Positions 48,701 to 63,700 of a stretch of DNA of 64,000 bases are shown here, one piece after another (the first letter of the stretch is position 1; each line of letters starts with the position of its first letter). A program made the position numbers and the translations under genes. This stretch comes from Eledone cirrhosa (taxonomy: Eukaryota), in NCBI GenBank assembly GCA_964016885.1, contig OZ024740.1, positions 48,670,001 through 48,734,000 of the forward strand. Reading direction: 5' to 3'. Under the pieces are notes generated by a model. That model ran no database searches, had not been told where the DNA came from, and was given only the letters and a program-made list of their open reading frames with translations.

Positions 48701-51700
48701 AGAATATGCAGACTTATGATCAAAAGCTGAAGACTTGCTGCTGTTTAACCTCAATATTGTCCAGAACAAGCAAACCTATGATCAAAAGCTGAAGACTTGC
48801 TGCTGTTTATCTCAGTATTGTCCATAAGAAGCAGACCTATGATCAAAAGCTGAAGACTTGCTGCTGTTTAACCTTAGTATTGTCCATAAGAAGCAGACCT
48901 ATGATCAAAAGCTGAAGACTTGCTGCTGTTTAACATTAGTGTTGTCTAGAAGAAGCAGACCTATGATCAAAAGCTGAAGACTTGATGCTGTTTGACTTTA
49001 GTATTGTCTAGAACAAGCAGACCTATGATCAAAAGCTGAAGACTTGCTGCTGTTTAACCTCAATATTGTCCAGAACAAGCAGACCTATGATCAAAAGCTG
49101 AAGACTTGCTGCTGTTTAACTCAGTATTGTCCATAAGAAGCAGACCTATGATCAAAAGCTGAAGACTTGCTGCTGTTTAACCTCAGTATTGTCCATAAGA
49201 AGCAGACCTATGATCAAAAGCTGAAGACTTGCTGCTGTTTAACCTCAGTATTGTCCAGAAGAAGCAGACCTATGATCAAAAGCTGAAGACTTGATGCTGT
49301 TTAACCTTAGTATTGTCCAGAACAAGCAGAACTATGATCAAAAGCTGAAGACTTGCTGCTGTTTAGTCTCAGTATTGTCCAAAAGAAGCAGACCTATCAT
49401 CAAAAGCTGAAGACTTGCTGCTGTTTAACCTCAGTATTGTCCAGAAGAAGCAAACCTCTGATCAAAAGCTGAAGACTTGCTGCTGTTTAACCTCAGTATT
49501 GTCCATAAGAAGCAGACCTATGTTCAAAAGCTAAAGATTCGCTGCTGTTTAACCTCAGTATTGTCTAGAAGAAGCAGACCTATGATCAAAAGCTGAAGAC
49601 TTGCTGCTGTTTTAACCTCAGTATTGTCCAGAAGAAGCAGACCTATGATCAAAAGCTGAAGACTTGCTGCTGTTTAACCTCAGTATTTTCTAGACCAAGC
49701 ACACCTATGATCAAAAGCTGAAGACTTGCTGCTGTTTAACATCAGTATTGTCCAGTAGAAGCATACCTATGATCAAAAGCTGAAAAATTGCTGATGTCTA
49801 ATCTCAGTATTGTCCAGAAGAAGCAGACCTATGATCAAAAGCTGAAGATTTGCTGCTGTTTAACCTCAGTATTGTCTAGAAGAAGCAGACCTATGATCAA
49901 AAGTTGAAGACTTGCTGCTGTTTAACCTCAGTATTTTCTAGACCAAGCACACCTATGATCAAAAGCTGAAGTCTTGCTGCTGTTTAACCTCAGTATTGTG
50001 CGAAAGAAGCAAACCTATGATCAAAAGCTGAAGACTTGCTGCTGTTTAACCTCAGTATTGTCTAGAAGAAGCAGACCTATATTCAAAAGCTGAAGACTTA
50101 GTGCTGTTTAATCTCAGTATTGTCTAGAACAAGGAGACCTATGATCAAAATCTGAACACTTGCTACTGTTTAACCTCAGTATTGTCTAGAATATGCAGAC
50201 CTATGATCACAAGCTGAAGACTTTGATGCTGTTTAACCTCAATATTGTCTTGAACAAGCAGACCTATGATCAAAAGCTGAAGACTTACTGCTGTTTAGGC
50301 TCAGTATTGTCCAAAAGAAGCAGACCTATGATCAAAAGCTGAAGACTTGCTGCTGTTTAACCTCAGTATTGTCCAGAAGAAGCAGACCTATGATCACAAG
50401 CTGAAGACTTTGATGCTGTTTAACCTCAATATTGTCTTGAACAAGCAGACCTATGATCAAAAGCTGAAGACTTACTGCTGTTTAGGCTCAGTATTGTCCA
50501 AAAGAAGCAGACCTATGATCAAAAGCTGAAGACTTGATGCTGTTTAACCTCAGTATTGTCCAGAAGAAGCAGACCTATGATCAAAAGCTGAAGATTTGCT
50601 GCTGTTTAACCTCAGTATTGTCTTGAACAAGCAGACCTATGATCAAAAGCTGAAGACTTACTGCTGTTTAGTCTCAGTATTGTCCAAAAGAAGCAGACCT
50701 ATGATCAAAAGCTGAAGACTTGCTGCTGTTTAACCTCAGAATTGTCCAGAAGAAGCAGACCTATGATCAAAAGCTGAAGACTTGCTGCTGTTTAACCTCA
50801 GTATTGTCTAGAAGAAGCAGGCCTATGATCAGAATCTGAAGATTTGCTGCTGTTTAAACTCAGTATTGTCTAGAAGAAGCAGACCTATGACCAAAAGCTG
50901 AAGACTTGCTGCTGTTTAACCTCAGTATTATTTAGAAGAAGCTGACCTACTATCAAAAGTTGAAGACTTGCTGCTGTTTAACCTCAGTATTGTTCAGAAG
51001 AAGCAGACCTATGATCAAAAGCTGAAAATTGCTGCTGTCTAATCTCAGTATTGTCCAGAAGAAGCAGACCTATGATCAAAAGCTGAAGACTTGCTGCTGT
51101 TTAACCTCAGTATTGTCTAGAAGAAGCAGACCTATGATCAAAAGCTGAAGACTTGCTGCTGTTTAACCTCAGTATTTTCTAGACCAAGCACACCTATGAT
51201 CAAAAGCTGAAGTCTTGCTGCTGTTTAACCTCAGTATTGTGCAAAAGAAGCAAACCTATGATCAAAAGCTGAAGACTTGCTGCTGTTTAATCTCAGTATT
51301 GTCTAGAAGAAGCAGACCTATATTCAAAAGCTGAAGACTTGCTGCTGTTTAATCTCAGTATTGTCTAGAACAAGGAGACCTATGATCAAAATCTGAACAC
51401 TTGCCACTGTTTAACCTCAGTATTGTCTAGAACAAGCAGACCTATGATCAAAAGCTGAAGACTTGATGCTGTTTAACCTCAGTATTGTCTAGAACAAGCA
51501 GACCTATGATCAAAATCTGAAGACTTGCTGCTGTTTAACTCAGTATTGTCCATAAGAAGCAGACCTATGATCAAAAGCTGAAGACTTGCTGCTGTTTAAC
51601 CTCAGTATTGTCTAGAATATGCAGACCTATGATCAAAAGCTGAAGACTTGCTGCTGTTTAACCTCAGTATTGTCTAGAACAAGCAGACCTATGATCAAAA

Positions 51701-54700
51701 GCTGAAGACTTATTGCTGTTTAACCTCAGTATTGTCCAGAAGAAGCAAACCTCTGATGAAAAGCTGTAGACTTGCTGCTGTTTAACCTCAGTATTGTCCA
51801 GAAGAAGCAAACCTCGGATCAAAAGCTGAAGACTTGCTGCTGTTTAACCTCAGTATTGTCCAGAAGAAGCAGACCTATGATCAAAAGCTGAAGATTTGAT
51901 GCTGTTTAACCTCAGTATTGTCTTGAACAAGCAGACCTATGATCAAAAGCTGAAGACTTGCTGCTGTTTAGTCTCAGTATTGTCAAAAAGAAGCAGACCT
52001 ATGATCAAAAGCTGAAGACTTGCTGCTGTTTAACCTCAGTATTGTCCAGAAGAAGCAAACCTCTGATCAAAAGCTGAAGACTTGCTGCTGTTTAACCTCA
52101 GTATTGTCCAGAAGAAGCAGACCTATGATCAAAAGCTGAAGATTTGCTGCTGTTTAACCTCAGTATTGTCTTAAACAAGCACACCTATGATCAAAAGCTG
52201 AAGTCTTGCTGCTGTTTAACCTCAGTATTGTCTAGAAGAAGCAGGCCTATGATCAAAAGCTGAAGACTTGCTGCTGTTTAACCTCAGTATTGTCTAGAAG
52301 AAGCAGACCTATGATCAAAAGCTGAAGACTTGCTGCTGTTTAACCTCAGTATTGTCTAGAAGCAGACCTATGATCAAAAGCTGAAGACTTGCTGCTGTTT
52401 AACCTCAGTATTGTCTAGACCAAGCACACCTATGATCAAAAGCTGAAGTCTTGCTGCTGTTTAACCCCAGTATTGTGCAGAAGAAGCAAACCTATGATCA
52501 AAAGCTGAAGACTTGCTGCTGTTTAACCTCAGTATTGTCCAGAACAAGCAGACCTATGATCAAAAGCTGAAGACTTGCTGCTGTTTAACCTCAGTATTGT
52601 CTAGAAGAAGCAGACCTATATTCAAAAGCTGAAGACTTGCTGCTGTTTAACCTCAGTATTGTCTAGAATATGCAGACCTATGATCAAAAGCTTTAGACTT
52701 GCTGCTGTTTAACCTCAATATTGTCCAGAACAAGCAGACCTATGATCAAGAGCTGAAGACTTGCTGCTGTTTATCTCAGTGTTGTCCATAAGAAGCAGAC
52801 CTATGATCAAAAGCTAAAGACTTGTTGCTGTTTAACTACAGTATTGTCCATAAGAAGCAGACCTATGATCAAAAGCTGAAGACTTGCTGCTGTTTAACCT
52901 CAGTATTGTCTAGAATATGCAGACTTATGATCAAAAGCTGAAGACTTGCTGCTGTTTAACCTCAATATTGTCCAGAACAAGCAAACCTATGATCAAAAGC
53001 TGAAGACTTGCTGCTGTTTATCTCAGTATTGTCCATAAGAAGCAGACCTATGATCAAAAGCTGAAGACTTGCTGCTGTTTAACATTAGTGTTGTCTAGAA
53101 GAAGCAGACCTATGATCAAAAGCTGAAGACTTGATGCTGTTTGACTTTAGTATTGTCTAGAACAAGCAGACCTATGATCAAAAGCTGAAGACTTGCTGCT
53201 GTTTAACCTCAATATTGTCCAGAACAAGCAGACCTATGATCAAAAGCTGAAGACTTGCTGCTGTTTAACTCAGTATTGTCCATAAGAAGCAGACCTATGA
53301 TCAAAAGCTGAAGACTTGCTGCTGTTTAACCTCAGTATTGTCCATAAGAAGCAGACCTATGATCAAAAGCTGAAGACTTGCTGCTGTTTAACCTCAGTAT
53401 TGTCCAGAAGAAGCAGACCTATGATCAAAAGCTGAAGACTTGATGCTGTTTAACCTTAGTATTGTCCAGAACAAGCAGACCTATGATCAAAAGCTGAAGA
53501 CTTGCTGCTGTTTAGTCTCAGTATTGTCCAAAAGAAGCAGACCTATCATCAAAAGCTGAAGACTTGCTGCTGTTTAACCTCAGTATTGTCCAGAAGAAGC
53601 AAACCTCTGATCAAAAGCTGAAGACTTGCTGCTGTTTAACCTCAGTATTGTCCATAAGAAGCAGACCTATGTTCAAAAGCTAAAGATTCGCTGCTGTTTA
53701 ACCTCAGTATTGTCTAGAAGAAGCAGACCTATGATCAAAAGCTGAAGACTTGCTGCTGTTTTAACCTCAGTATTGTCCAGAAGAAGCAGACCTATGATCA
53801 AAAGCTGAAAACTTGCCGCTGTTTAACCTCAGTATTGTCTTGAACAAGCAGACCTATGATCAAAAGCTGAAGATTTGCTGCTGTTTAACCTCATTATTGT
53901 CCAAAACAAGCAGACCTATGATCAAAAGTTGAAGACTTGCTGCTGTTTAACATCAGTATTGTCCAGAAGAAGCAGACCTATGATCAAAAGCTGAAGATTT
54001 GCTGCTGTTTAACCTCAGTATTGTCTAGAAGAAGCAGACCTATGATCAAAAGCTGAAGACTTGCTGCTGTTTAACCTCAGTATTGTCCAGAAGAAGCAGA
54101 CCTATGATCAAAAGCTGAAGACTTGCTGCTGTTTAACCTCAGTATTGTCTAGACCAAGCACACCTATGATCAAAAGCTGAAGTCTTGCTGCTGTTTAACC
54201 TCAGTATTATGCAGAAGAAGCAAATCTATGATCAAAAGCTGAAGACTTGCTGCTGTTTAACCTCAGTATTGTCCAGAACAAGCAGACCTATGATCAAAAG
54301 CTGAAGATTTGCTGATGTTTAACCTTAGTATTGTCTAGAACAAGCACACCTATATTCAAAAGCTGAAGACGTGCTGCTGTTTAATCTCGGTATTGTCTAG
54401 AACAAGCAGACCTATGATCAAAATCTAAAGACTTGCTACTGTTTAATCTCAGTATTGTCCAGAAGAAGCAGACCTATGATCAAAAGCTGAAGACTTGCTG
54501 CTGTTTAACCTCAATATAGTCCAGAACAAGCAGACCTATGATCAAGAGCTGAAGACTTGCTGCTGTTTATCTCAGTGTTGTCCATAAGAAGCAGACCTAT
54601 GATCAAAAGCTAAAGACTTGTTGCTGTTTAACTACAGTATTGTCCATAAGAAGCAGACCTATGATCAAAAGCTGAAGACTTGCTGCTGTTTAACCTCAGT

Positions 54701-57700
54701 ATTGTCTAGAATATGCAGACTTATGATCAAAAGCTGAAGACTTGCTGCTGTTTAACCTCAATATTGTCCAGAACAAGCAAACCTATGATCAAAAGCTGAA
54801 GACTTGCTGCTGTTTATCTCAGTATTGTCCATAAGAAGCAGACCTATGATCAAAAGCTGAAGACTTGCTGCTGTTTAACCTTAGTATTGTCCATAAGAAG
54901 CAGACCTATGATCAAAAGCTGAAGACTTGCTGCTGTTTAACATTAGTGTTGTCTAGAAGAAGCAGACCTATGATCAAAAGCTGAAGACTTGATGCTGTTT
55001 GACTTTAGTATTGTCTAGAACAAGCAGACCTATGATCAAAAGCTGAAGACTTGCTGCTGTTTAACCTCAATATTGTCCAGAACAAGCAGACCTATGATCA
55101 AAAGCTGAAGACTTGCTGCTGTTTAACTCAGTATTGTCCATAAGAAGCAGACCTATGATCAAAAGCTGAAGACTTGCTGCTGTTTAACCTCAGTATTGTC
55201 CATAAGAAGCAGACCTATGATCAAAAGCTGAAGACTTGCTGCTGTTTAACCTCAGTATTGTCCAGAAGAAGCAGACCTATGATCAAAAGCTGAAGACTTG
55301 ATGCTGTTTAACCTTAGTATTGTCCAGAACAAGCAGACCTATGATCAAAAGCTGAAGACTTGCTGCTGTTTAGTCTCAGTATTGTCCAAAAGAAGCAGAC
55401 CTATCATCAAAAGCTGAAGACTTGCTGCTGTTTAACCTCAGTATTGTCCAGAAGAAGCAAACCTCTGATCAAAAACTGAAGACTTGCTGCTGTTTAACCT
55501 CAGTATTGTCCATAAGAAGCAGACCTATGTTCAAAAGCTAAAGATTCGCTGCTGTTTAACCTCAGTATTGTCTAGAAGAAGCAGACCTATGATCAAAAGC
55601 TGAAGACTTGCTGCTGTTTTAACCTCAGTATTGTCCAGAAGAAGCAGACCTATGATCAAAAGCTGAAAACTTGCCGCTGTTTAACCTCAGTATTGTCTTG
55701 AACAAGCAGACCTATGATCAAAAGCTGAAGATTTGCTGCTGTTTAACCTCATTATTGTCCAAAACAAGCAGACCTATGATCAAAAGTTGAAGACTTGCTG
55801 CTGTTTAACATCAGTATTGTCCAGAAGAAGCAGACCTATGATCAAAAGCTGAAGATTTGCTGCTGTTTAACCTCAGTATTGTCTAGAAGAAGCAGACCTA
55901 TGATCAAAAGGTGAAGACTTGCTGCTGTTTAACCTCAGTATTGTCCAGAAGAAGCAGACCTATGATCAAAAGCTGAAGTCTTGCTGCTGTTTAACCTCAG
56001 TATTATGCAGAAGAAGCAAATCTATGATCAAAAGCTGAAGACTTGCTGCTGTTTAACCTCAGTATTGTCCAGAACAAGCAGACCTATGATCAAAAGCTGA
56101 AGATTTGCTGCTGTTTAACCTTAGTATTGTCTAGAACAAGCACACCTATATTCAAAAGCTGAAGACGTGCTGCTGTTTAATCTCGGTATTGTCTAGAACA
56201 AGCAGACCTATGATCAAAATCTAAAGACTTGCTACTGTTTAATCTCAGTATTGTCCATAAGAAGCAGACCTATGTTCAAAAGCTAAAGATTCGCTGCTGT
56301 TTAACCTCAGTATTGTCTAGAAGAAGCAGACCTATGATCAAAAGCTGAAGACTTGCTGCTGTTTTAACCTCAGTATTGTCCAGAAGAAGCAGACCTATGA
56401 TCAAAAGCTGAAGACTTGCTGCTGTTTAACCTCAGTATTTTCTAGACCAAGCACACCTATGATCAAAAGCTGAAGACTTGCTGCTGTTTAACATCAGTAT
56501 TGTCCAGAAGAAGCATACCTATGATCAAAAGCTGAAAAATTGCTGATGTCTAATCTCAGTATTGTCCAGAAGAAGCAGACCTATGATCAAAAGCTGAAGA
56601 TTTGCTGCTGTTTAACCTCAGTATTGTCTAGAAGAAGCAGACCTATGATCAAAAGTTGAAGACTTGCTGCTGTTTAACCTCAGTATTTTCTAGACCAAGC
56701 ACACCTATGATCAAAAGCTGAAGTCTTGCTGCTGTTTAACCTCAGTATTGTGCGAAAGAAGCAAACCTATGATCAAAAGCTGAAGACTTGCTGCTGTTTA
56801 ACCTCAGTATTGTCTAGAAGAAGCAGACCTATATTCAAAAGCTGAAGACTTAGTGCTGTTTAATCTCAGTATTGTCTAGAACAAGGAGACCTATGATCAA
56901 AATCTGAACACTTGCTACTGTTTAACCTCAGTATTGTCTAAAACAAGCAGACCTATGATCAAAAGCTGAAGACTTTGATGCTGTTTAACCTCAATATTGT
57001 CTTGAACAAGCAGACCTATGATCAAAAGCTGAAGACTTACTGCTGTTTAGGCTCAGTATTGTCCAAAAGAAGCAGACCTATGATCAAAAGCTGAAGACTT
57101 GCTGCTGTTTAACCTCAGTATTGTCCAGAAGAAGCAGACCTATGATCAAAAGCTGAAGATTTGCTGCTGTTTAACCTCAGTATTGTCTTGAACAAGCAGA
57201 CCTATGATCAAAAGCTGAAGACTTACTGCTGTTTAGTCTCAGTATTGTCCAAAAGAAGCAGACCTATGATCAAAAGCTGAAGACTTGCTGCTGTTTAACC
57301 TCAGAATTGTCCAGAAGAAGCAGACCTATGATCAAAAGCTGAAGACTTGCTGCTGTTTAACCTCAGTATTGTCTAGAAGAAGCAGGCCTATGATCAGAAT
57401 CTGAAGATTTGCTGCTGTTTAAACTCAGTATTGTCTAGAAGAAGCAGACCTATGACCAAAAGCTGAAGACTTGCTGCTGTTTAACCTCAGTATTATTTAG
57501 AAGAAGCTGACCTACTATCAAAAGTTGAAGACTTGCTGCTGTTTAACCTCAGTATTGTTCAGAAGAAGCAGACCTATGATCAAAAGCTGAAAATTGCTGC
57601 TGTCTAATCTCAGTATTGTCCAGAAGAAGCAGACCTATGATCAAAAGCTGAAGACTTGCTGCTGTTTAACCTCAGTATTGTCTAGAAGAAGCAGACCTAT

Positions 57701-60700
57701 GATCAAAAGCTGAAGACTTGCTGCTGTTTAACCTCAGTATTTTCTAGACCAAGCACACCTATGATCAAAAGCTGAAGTCTTGCTGCTGTTTAACCTCAGT
57801 ATTGTGCAAAAGAAGCAAACCTATGATCAAAAGCTGAAGACTTGCTGCTGTTTAATCTCAGTATTGTCTAGAAGAAGCAGACCTATATTCAAAAGCTGAA
57901 GACTTGCTGCTGTTTAATCTCAGTATTGTCTAGAACAAGGAGACCTATGATCAAAATCTGAACACTTGCCACTGTTTAACCTCAGTATTGTCTAGAACAA
58001 GCAGACCTATGATCAAAAGCTGAAGACTTGATGCTGTTTAACCTCAGTATTGTCTAGAACAAGCAGACCTATGATCAAAATCTGAAGACTTGCTGCTGTT
58101 TAACTCAGTATTGTCCATAAGAAGCAGACCTATGATCAAAAGCTGAAGACTTGCTGCTGTTTAACCTCAGTATTGTCTAGAATATGCAGACCTATGATCA
58201 AAAGCTGAAGACTTGCTGCTGTTTAACCTCAGTATTGTCTAGAACAAGCAGACCTATGATCAAAAGCTGAAGACTTATTGCTGTTTAACCTCAGTATTGT
58301 CCAGAAGAAGCAAACCTCTGATGAAAAGCTGAAGACTTGCTGCTGTTTAACCTCAGTATTGTCCAGAAGAAGCAAACCTCGGATCAAAAGCTGAAGACTT
58401 GCTGCTGTTTAACCTCAGTATTGTCCAGAAGAAGCAGACCTATGATCAAAAGCTGAAGATTTGATGCTGTTTAACCTCAGTATTGTCTTGAACAAGCAGA
58501 CCTATGATCAAAAGCTGAAGACTTGCTGCTGTTTAGTCTCAGTATTGTCAAAAAGAAGCAGACCTATGATCAAAAGCTGAAGACTTGCTGCTGTTTAACC
58601 TCAGTATTGTCCAGAAGAAGCAAACCTCTGATCAAAAGCTGAAGACTTGCTGCTGTTTAACCTCAGTATTGTCCAGAAGAAGCAGACCTATGATCAAAAG
58701 CTGAAGATTTGCTGCTGTTTAACCTCAGTATTGTCTTAAACAAGCACACCTATGATCAAAAGCTGAAGTCTTGCTGCTGTTTAACCTCAGTATTGTCTAG
58801 AAGAAGCAGGCCTATGATCAAAAGCTGAAGACTTGCTGCTGTTTAACCTCAGTATTGTCTAGAAGAAGCAGACCTATGATCAAAAGCTGAAGACTTGCTG
58901 CTGTTTAACCTCAGTATTGTCTAGAAGCAGACCTATGATCAAAAGCTGAAGACTTGCTGCTGTTTAACCTCAGTATTGTCTAGACCAAGCACACCTATGA
59001 TCAAAAGCTGAAGTCTTGCTGCTGTTTAACCCCAGTATTGTGCAGAAGAAGCAAACCTATGATCAAAAGCTGAAGACTTGCTGCTGTTTAACCTCAGTAT
59101 TGTCCAGAACAAGCAGACCTATGATCAAAAGCTGAAGACTTGCTGCTGTTTAACCTCAGTATTGTCTAGAAGAAGCAGACCTATATTCAAAAGCTGAAGA
59201 CTTGCTGCTGTTTAACCTCAGTATTGTCTAGAATATGCAGACCTATGATCAAAAGCTTTAGACTTGCTGCTGTTTAACCTCAATATTGTCCAGAACAAGC
59301 AGACCTATGATCAAGAGCTGAAGACTTGCTGCTGTTTATCTCAGTGTTGTCCATAAGAAGCAGACCTATGATCAAAAGCTAAAGACTTGTTGCTGTTTAA
59401 CTACAGTATTGTCCATAAGAAGCAGACCTATGATCAAAAGCTGAAGACTTGCTGCTGTTTAACCTCAGTATTGTCTAGAATATGCAGACTTATGATCAAA
59501 AGCTGAAGACTTGCTGCTGTTTAACCTCAATATTGTCCAGAACAAGCAAACCTATGATCAAAAGCTGAAGACTTGCTGCTGTTTATCTCAGTATTGTCCA
59601 TAAGAAGCAGACCTATGATCAAAAGCTGAAGACTTGCTGCTGTTTAACATTAGTGTTGTCTAGAAGAAGCAGACCTATGATCAAAAGCTGAAGACTTGAT
59701 GCTGTTTGACTTTAGTATTGTCTAGAACAAGCAGACCTATGATCAAAAGCTGAAGACTTGCTGCTGTTTAACCTCAATATTGTCCAGAACAAGCAGACCT
59801 ATGATCAAAAGCTGAAGACTTGCTGCTGTTTAACTCAGTATTGTCCATAAGAAGCAGACCTATGATCAAAAGCTGAAGACTTGCTGCTGTTTAACCTCAG
59901 TATTGTCCATAAGAAGCAGACCTATGATCAAAAGCTGAAGACTTGCTGCTGTTTAACCTCAGTATTGTCCAGAAGAAGCAGACCTATGATCAAAAGCTGA
60001 AGACTTGATGCTGTTTAACCTCAGTATTGTCTAGAAGCAGACCTATGATCAAAAGCTGAAGACTTGCTGCTGTTTAACCTCAGTATTGTCTAGACCAAGC
60101 ACACCTATGATCAAAAGCTGAAGTCTTGCTGCTGTTTAACCCCAGTATTGTGCAGAAGAAGCAAACCTATGATCAAAAGCTGAAGACTTGCTGCTGTTTA
60201 ACCTCAGTATTGTCCAGAACAAGCAGACCTATGATCAAAAGCTGAAGACTTGCTGCTGTTTAACCTCAGTATTGTCTAGAAGAAGCAGACCTATATTCAA
60301 AAGCTGAAGACTTGCTGCTGTTTAACCTCAGTATTGTCTAGAATATGCAGACCTATGATCAAAAGCTTTAGACTTGCTGCTGTTTAACCTCAATATTGTC
60401 CAGAACAAGCAGACCTATGATCAAGAGCTGAAGACTTGCTGCTGTTTATCTCAGTGTTGTCCATAAGAAGCAGACCTATGATCAAAAGCTAAAGACTTGT
60501 TGCTGTTTAACTACAGTATTGTCCATAAGAAGCAGACCTATGATCAAAAGCTGAAGACTTGCTGCTGTTTAACCTCAGTATTGTCTAGAATATGCAGACT
60601 TATGATCAAAAGCTGAAGACTTGCTGCTGTTTAACCTCAATATTGTCCAGAACAAGCAAACCTATGATCAAAAGCTGAAGACTTGCTGCTGTTTATCTCA

Positions 60701-63700
60701 GTATTGTCCATAAGAAGCAGACCTATGATCAAAAGCTGAAGACTTGCTGCTGTTTAACATTAGTGTTGTCTAGAAGAAGCAGACCTATGATCAAAAGCTG
60801 AAGACTTGATGCTGTTTGACTTTAGTATTGTCTAGAACAAGCAGACCTATGATCAAAAGCTGAAGACTTGCTGCTGTTTAACCTCAATATTGTCCAGAAC
60901 AAGCAGACCTATGATCAAAAGCTGAAGACTTGCTGCTGTTTAACTCAGTATTGTCCATAAGAAGCAGACCTATGATCAAAAGCTGAAGACTTGCTGCTGT
61001 TTAACCTCAGTATTGTCCATAAGAAGCAGACCTATGATCAAAAGCTGAAGACTTGCTGCTGTTTAACCTCAGTATTGTCCAGAAGAAGCAGACCTATGAT
61101 CAAAAGCTGAAGACTTGATGCTGTTTAACCTTAGTATTGTCCAGAACAAGCAGACCTATGATCAAAAGCTGAAGACTTGCTGCTGTTTAGTCTCAGTATT
61201 GTCCAAAAGAAGCAGACCTATCATCAAAAGCTGAAGACTTGCTGCTGTTTAACCTCAGTATTGTCCAGAAGAAGCAAACCTCTGATCAAAAGCTGAAGAC
61301 TTACTGCTGTTTAACCTCAGTATTGTCCATAAGAAGCAGACCTATGTTCAAAAGCTAAAGATTCGCTGCTGTTTAACCTCAGTATTGTCTAGAAGAAGCA
61401 GACCTATGATCAAAAGCTGAAGACTTGCTGCTGTTTTAACCTCAGTATTGTCCAGAAGAAGCAGACCTATGATCAAAAGCTGAAAACTTGCCGCTGTTTA
61501 ACCTCAGTATTGTCTTGAACAAGCAGACCTATGATCAAAAGCTGAAGATTTGCTGCTGTTTAACCTCATTATTGTCCAAAACAAGCAGACCTATGATCAA
61601 AAGTTGAAGACTTGCTGCTGTTTAACATCAGTATTGTCCAGAAGAAGCAGACCTATGATCAAATGCTGAAGATTTGCTGCTGTTTAACCTCAGTATTGTC
61701 TAGACCAAGCACACCTATGATCAAAAGCTGAAGTCTTGCTGCTGTTTAACCTCAATATTGTGCAGAAGAAGCAAACCTATGATCAAAAGCTGAAGACTTG
61801 CTGCTGTTTAACCTCAGTATTGTCCAGAACAAGCAGACCTATGATCAAAAGCTGAAGACTTGCTGCTGTTTAACCTCAGTATTGTCTAGAAGAAGCAGAC
61901 CTATATTCAAAAGCTGAAGACTTGCTGCTGTTTAACCTCAGTATTGTCTAGAATATGCAGACCTATGATCAAAAGCTTTAGACTTGCTGCTGTTTAACCT
62001 CAATATTGTCCAGAACAAGCAGACCTATGATCAAAAGCTGAAGACTTGCTGCTGTTTATCTCAGTGTTGTCCATAAGAAGCAGACCTATGATCAAAAGCT
62101 AAAGACTTGTTGCTGTTTAACTACAGTATTGTCCATAAGAAGCAGACCTATGATCAAAAGCTGAAGACTTGCTGCTGTTTAACCTCAGTATTGTCTAGAA
62201 TATGCAGACTCATGATCAAAAGCTGAAGACTTGCTGCTGTTTAACCTCAATATTGTCCAGAACAAGCAAACCTATGATCAAAAGCTGAAGACTTGCTGCT
62301 GTTTATCTCAGTATTGTCCATAAGAAGCAGACCTATGATCAAAAGCTGAAGACTTGCTGCTGTTTAACCTTAGTATTGTCCATAAGAAGCAGACCTATGA
62401 TCAAAAGCTGAAGACTTGCTGCTGTTTAACATTAGTGTTGTCTAGAAGAAGCAGACCTATGATCAAAAGCTGAAGACTTGATGCTGTTTGACTTTAGTAT
62501 TGTCTAGAACAAGCAGACCTATGATCAAAAGCTGAAGACTTGCTGCTGTTTAACCTCAATATTGTCCAGAACAAGCAGACCTATGATCAAAAGCTGAAGA
62601 CTTGCTGCTGTTTAACTCAGTATTGTCCATAAGAAGCAGACCTATGATCAAAAGCTGAAGACTTGCTGCTGTTTAACCTCAGTATTGTCCATAAGAAGCA
62701 GACCTATGATCAAAAGCTGAAGACTTGCTGCTGTTTAACCTCAGTATTGTCCAGAAGAAGCAGACCTATGATCAAAAGCTGAAGACTTGATGCTGTTTAA
62801 CCTTAGTATTGTCCAGAACAAGCAGACCTATGATCAAAAGCTGAAGACTTGCTGCTGTTTAGTCTCAGTATTGTCCAAAAGAAGCAGACCTATCATCAAA
62901 AGCTGAAGACTTGCTGCTGTTTAACCTCAGTATTGTCCAGAAGAAGCAAACCTCTGATCAAAAGCTGAAGACTTGCTGCTGTTTAACCTCAGTATTGTCC
63001 ATAAGAAGCAGACCTATGTTCAAAAGCTAAAGATTCGCTGCTGTTTAACCTCAGTATTGTCTAGAAGAAGCAGACCTATGATCAAAAGCTGAAGACTTGC
63101 TGCTGTTTTAACCTCAGTATTGTCCAGAAGAAGCAGACCTATGATCAAAAGCTGAAAACTTGCCGCTGTTTAACCTCAGTATTGTCTTGAACAAGCAGAC
63201 CTATGATCAAAAGCTGAAGATTTGCTGCTGTTTAACCTCATTATTGTCCAAAACAAGCAGACCTATGATCAAAAGTTGAAGACTTGCTGCTGTTTAACAA
63301 CAGTATTGTCCAGAAGAAGCAGACCTATGATCAAAAGCTGAAGATTTGCTGCTGTTTAACCTCAGTATTGTCTAGAAGAAGCAGACCTATGATCAAAAGC
63401 TGAAGACTTGCTGCTGTTTAACCTCAGTATTGTCCAGAAGAAGCAGACCTATGATCAAAAGCTGAAGACTTGCTGCTGTTTAACCTCAGTATTGTCTAGA
63501 CCAAGCACACCTATGATCAAAAGCTGAAGTCTTGCTGCTGTTTAACCTCAGTATTATGCAGAAGAAGCAAATCTATGATCAAAAGCTGAAGACTTGCTGC
63601 TGTTTAACCTCAGTATTGTCCAGAACAAGCAGACCTATGATCAAAAGCTGAAGATTTGCTGATGTTTAACCTTAGTATTGTCTAGAACAAGCACACCTAT

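Noticed and set aside
32254-50529. Short ORFs in the satellite (MLLFNLSIV...)
   Set aside because: 62 is not a multiple of 3 and one frame has a TGA in each unit; these ORFs arise only where indels or substitutions skip the stop.
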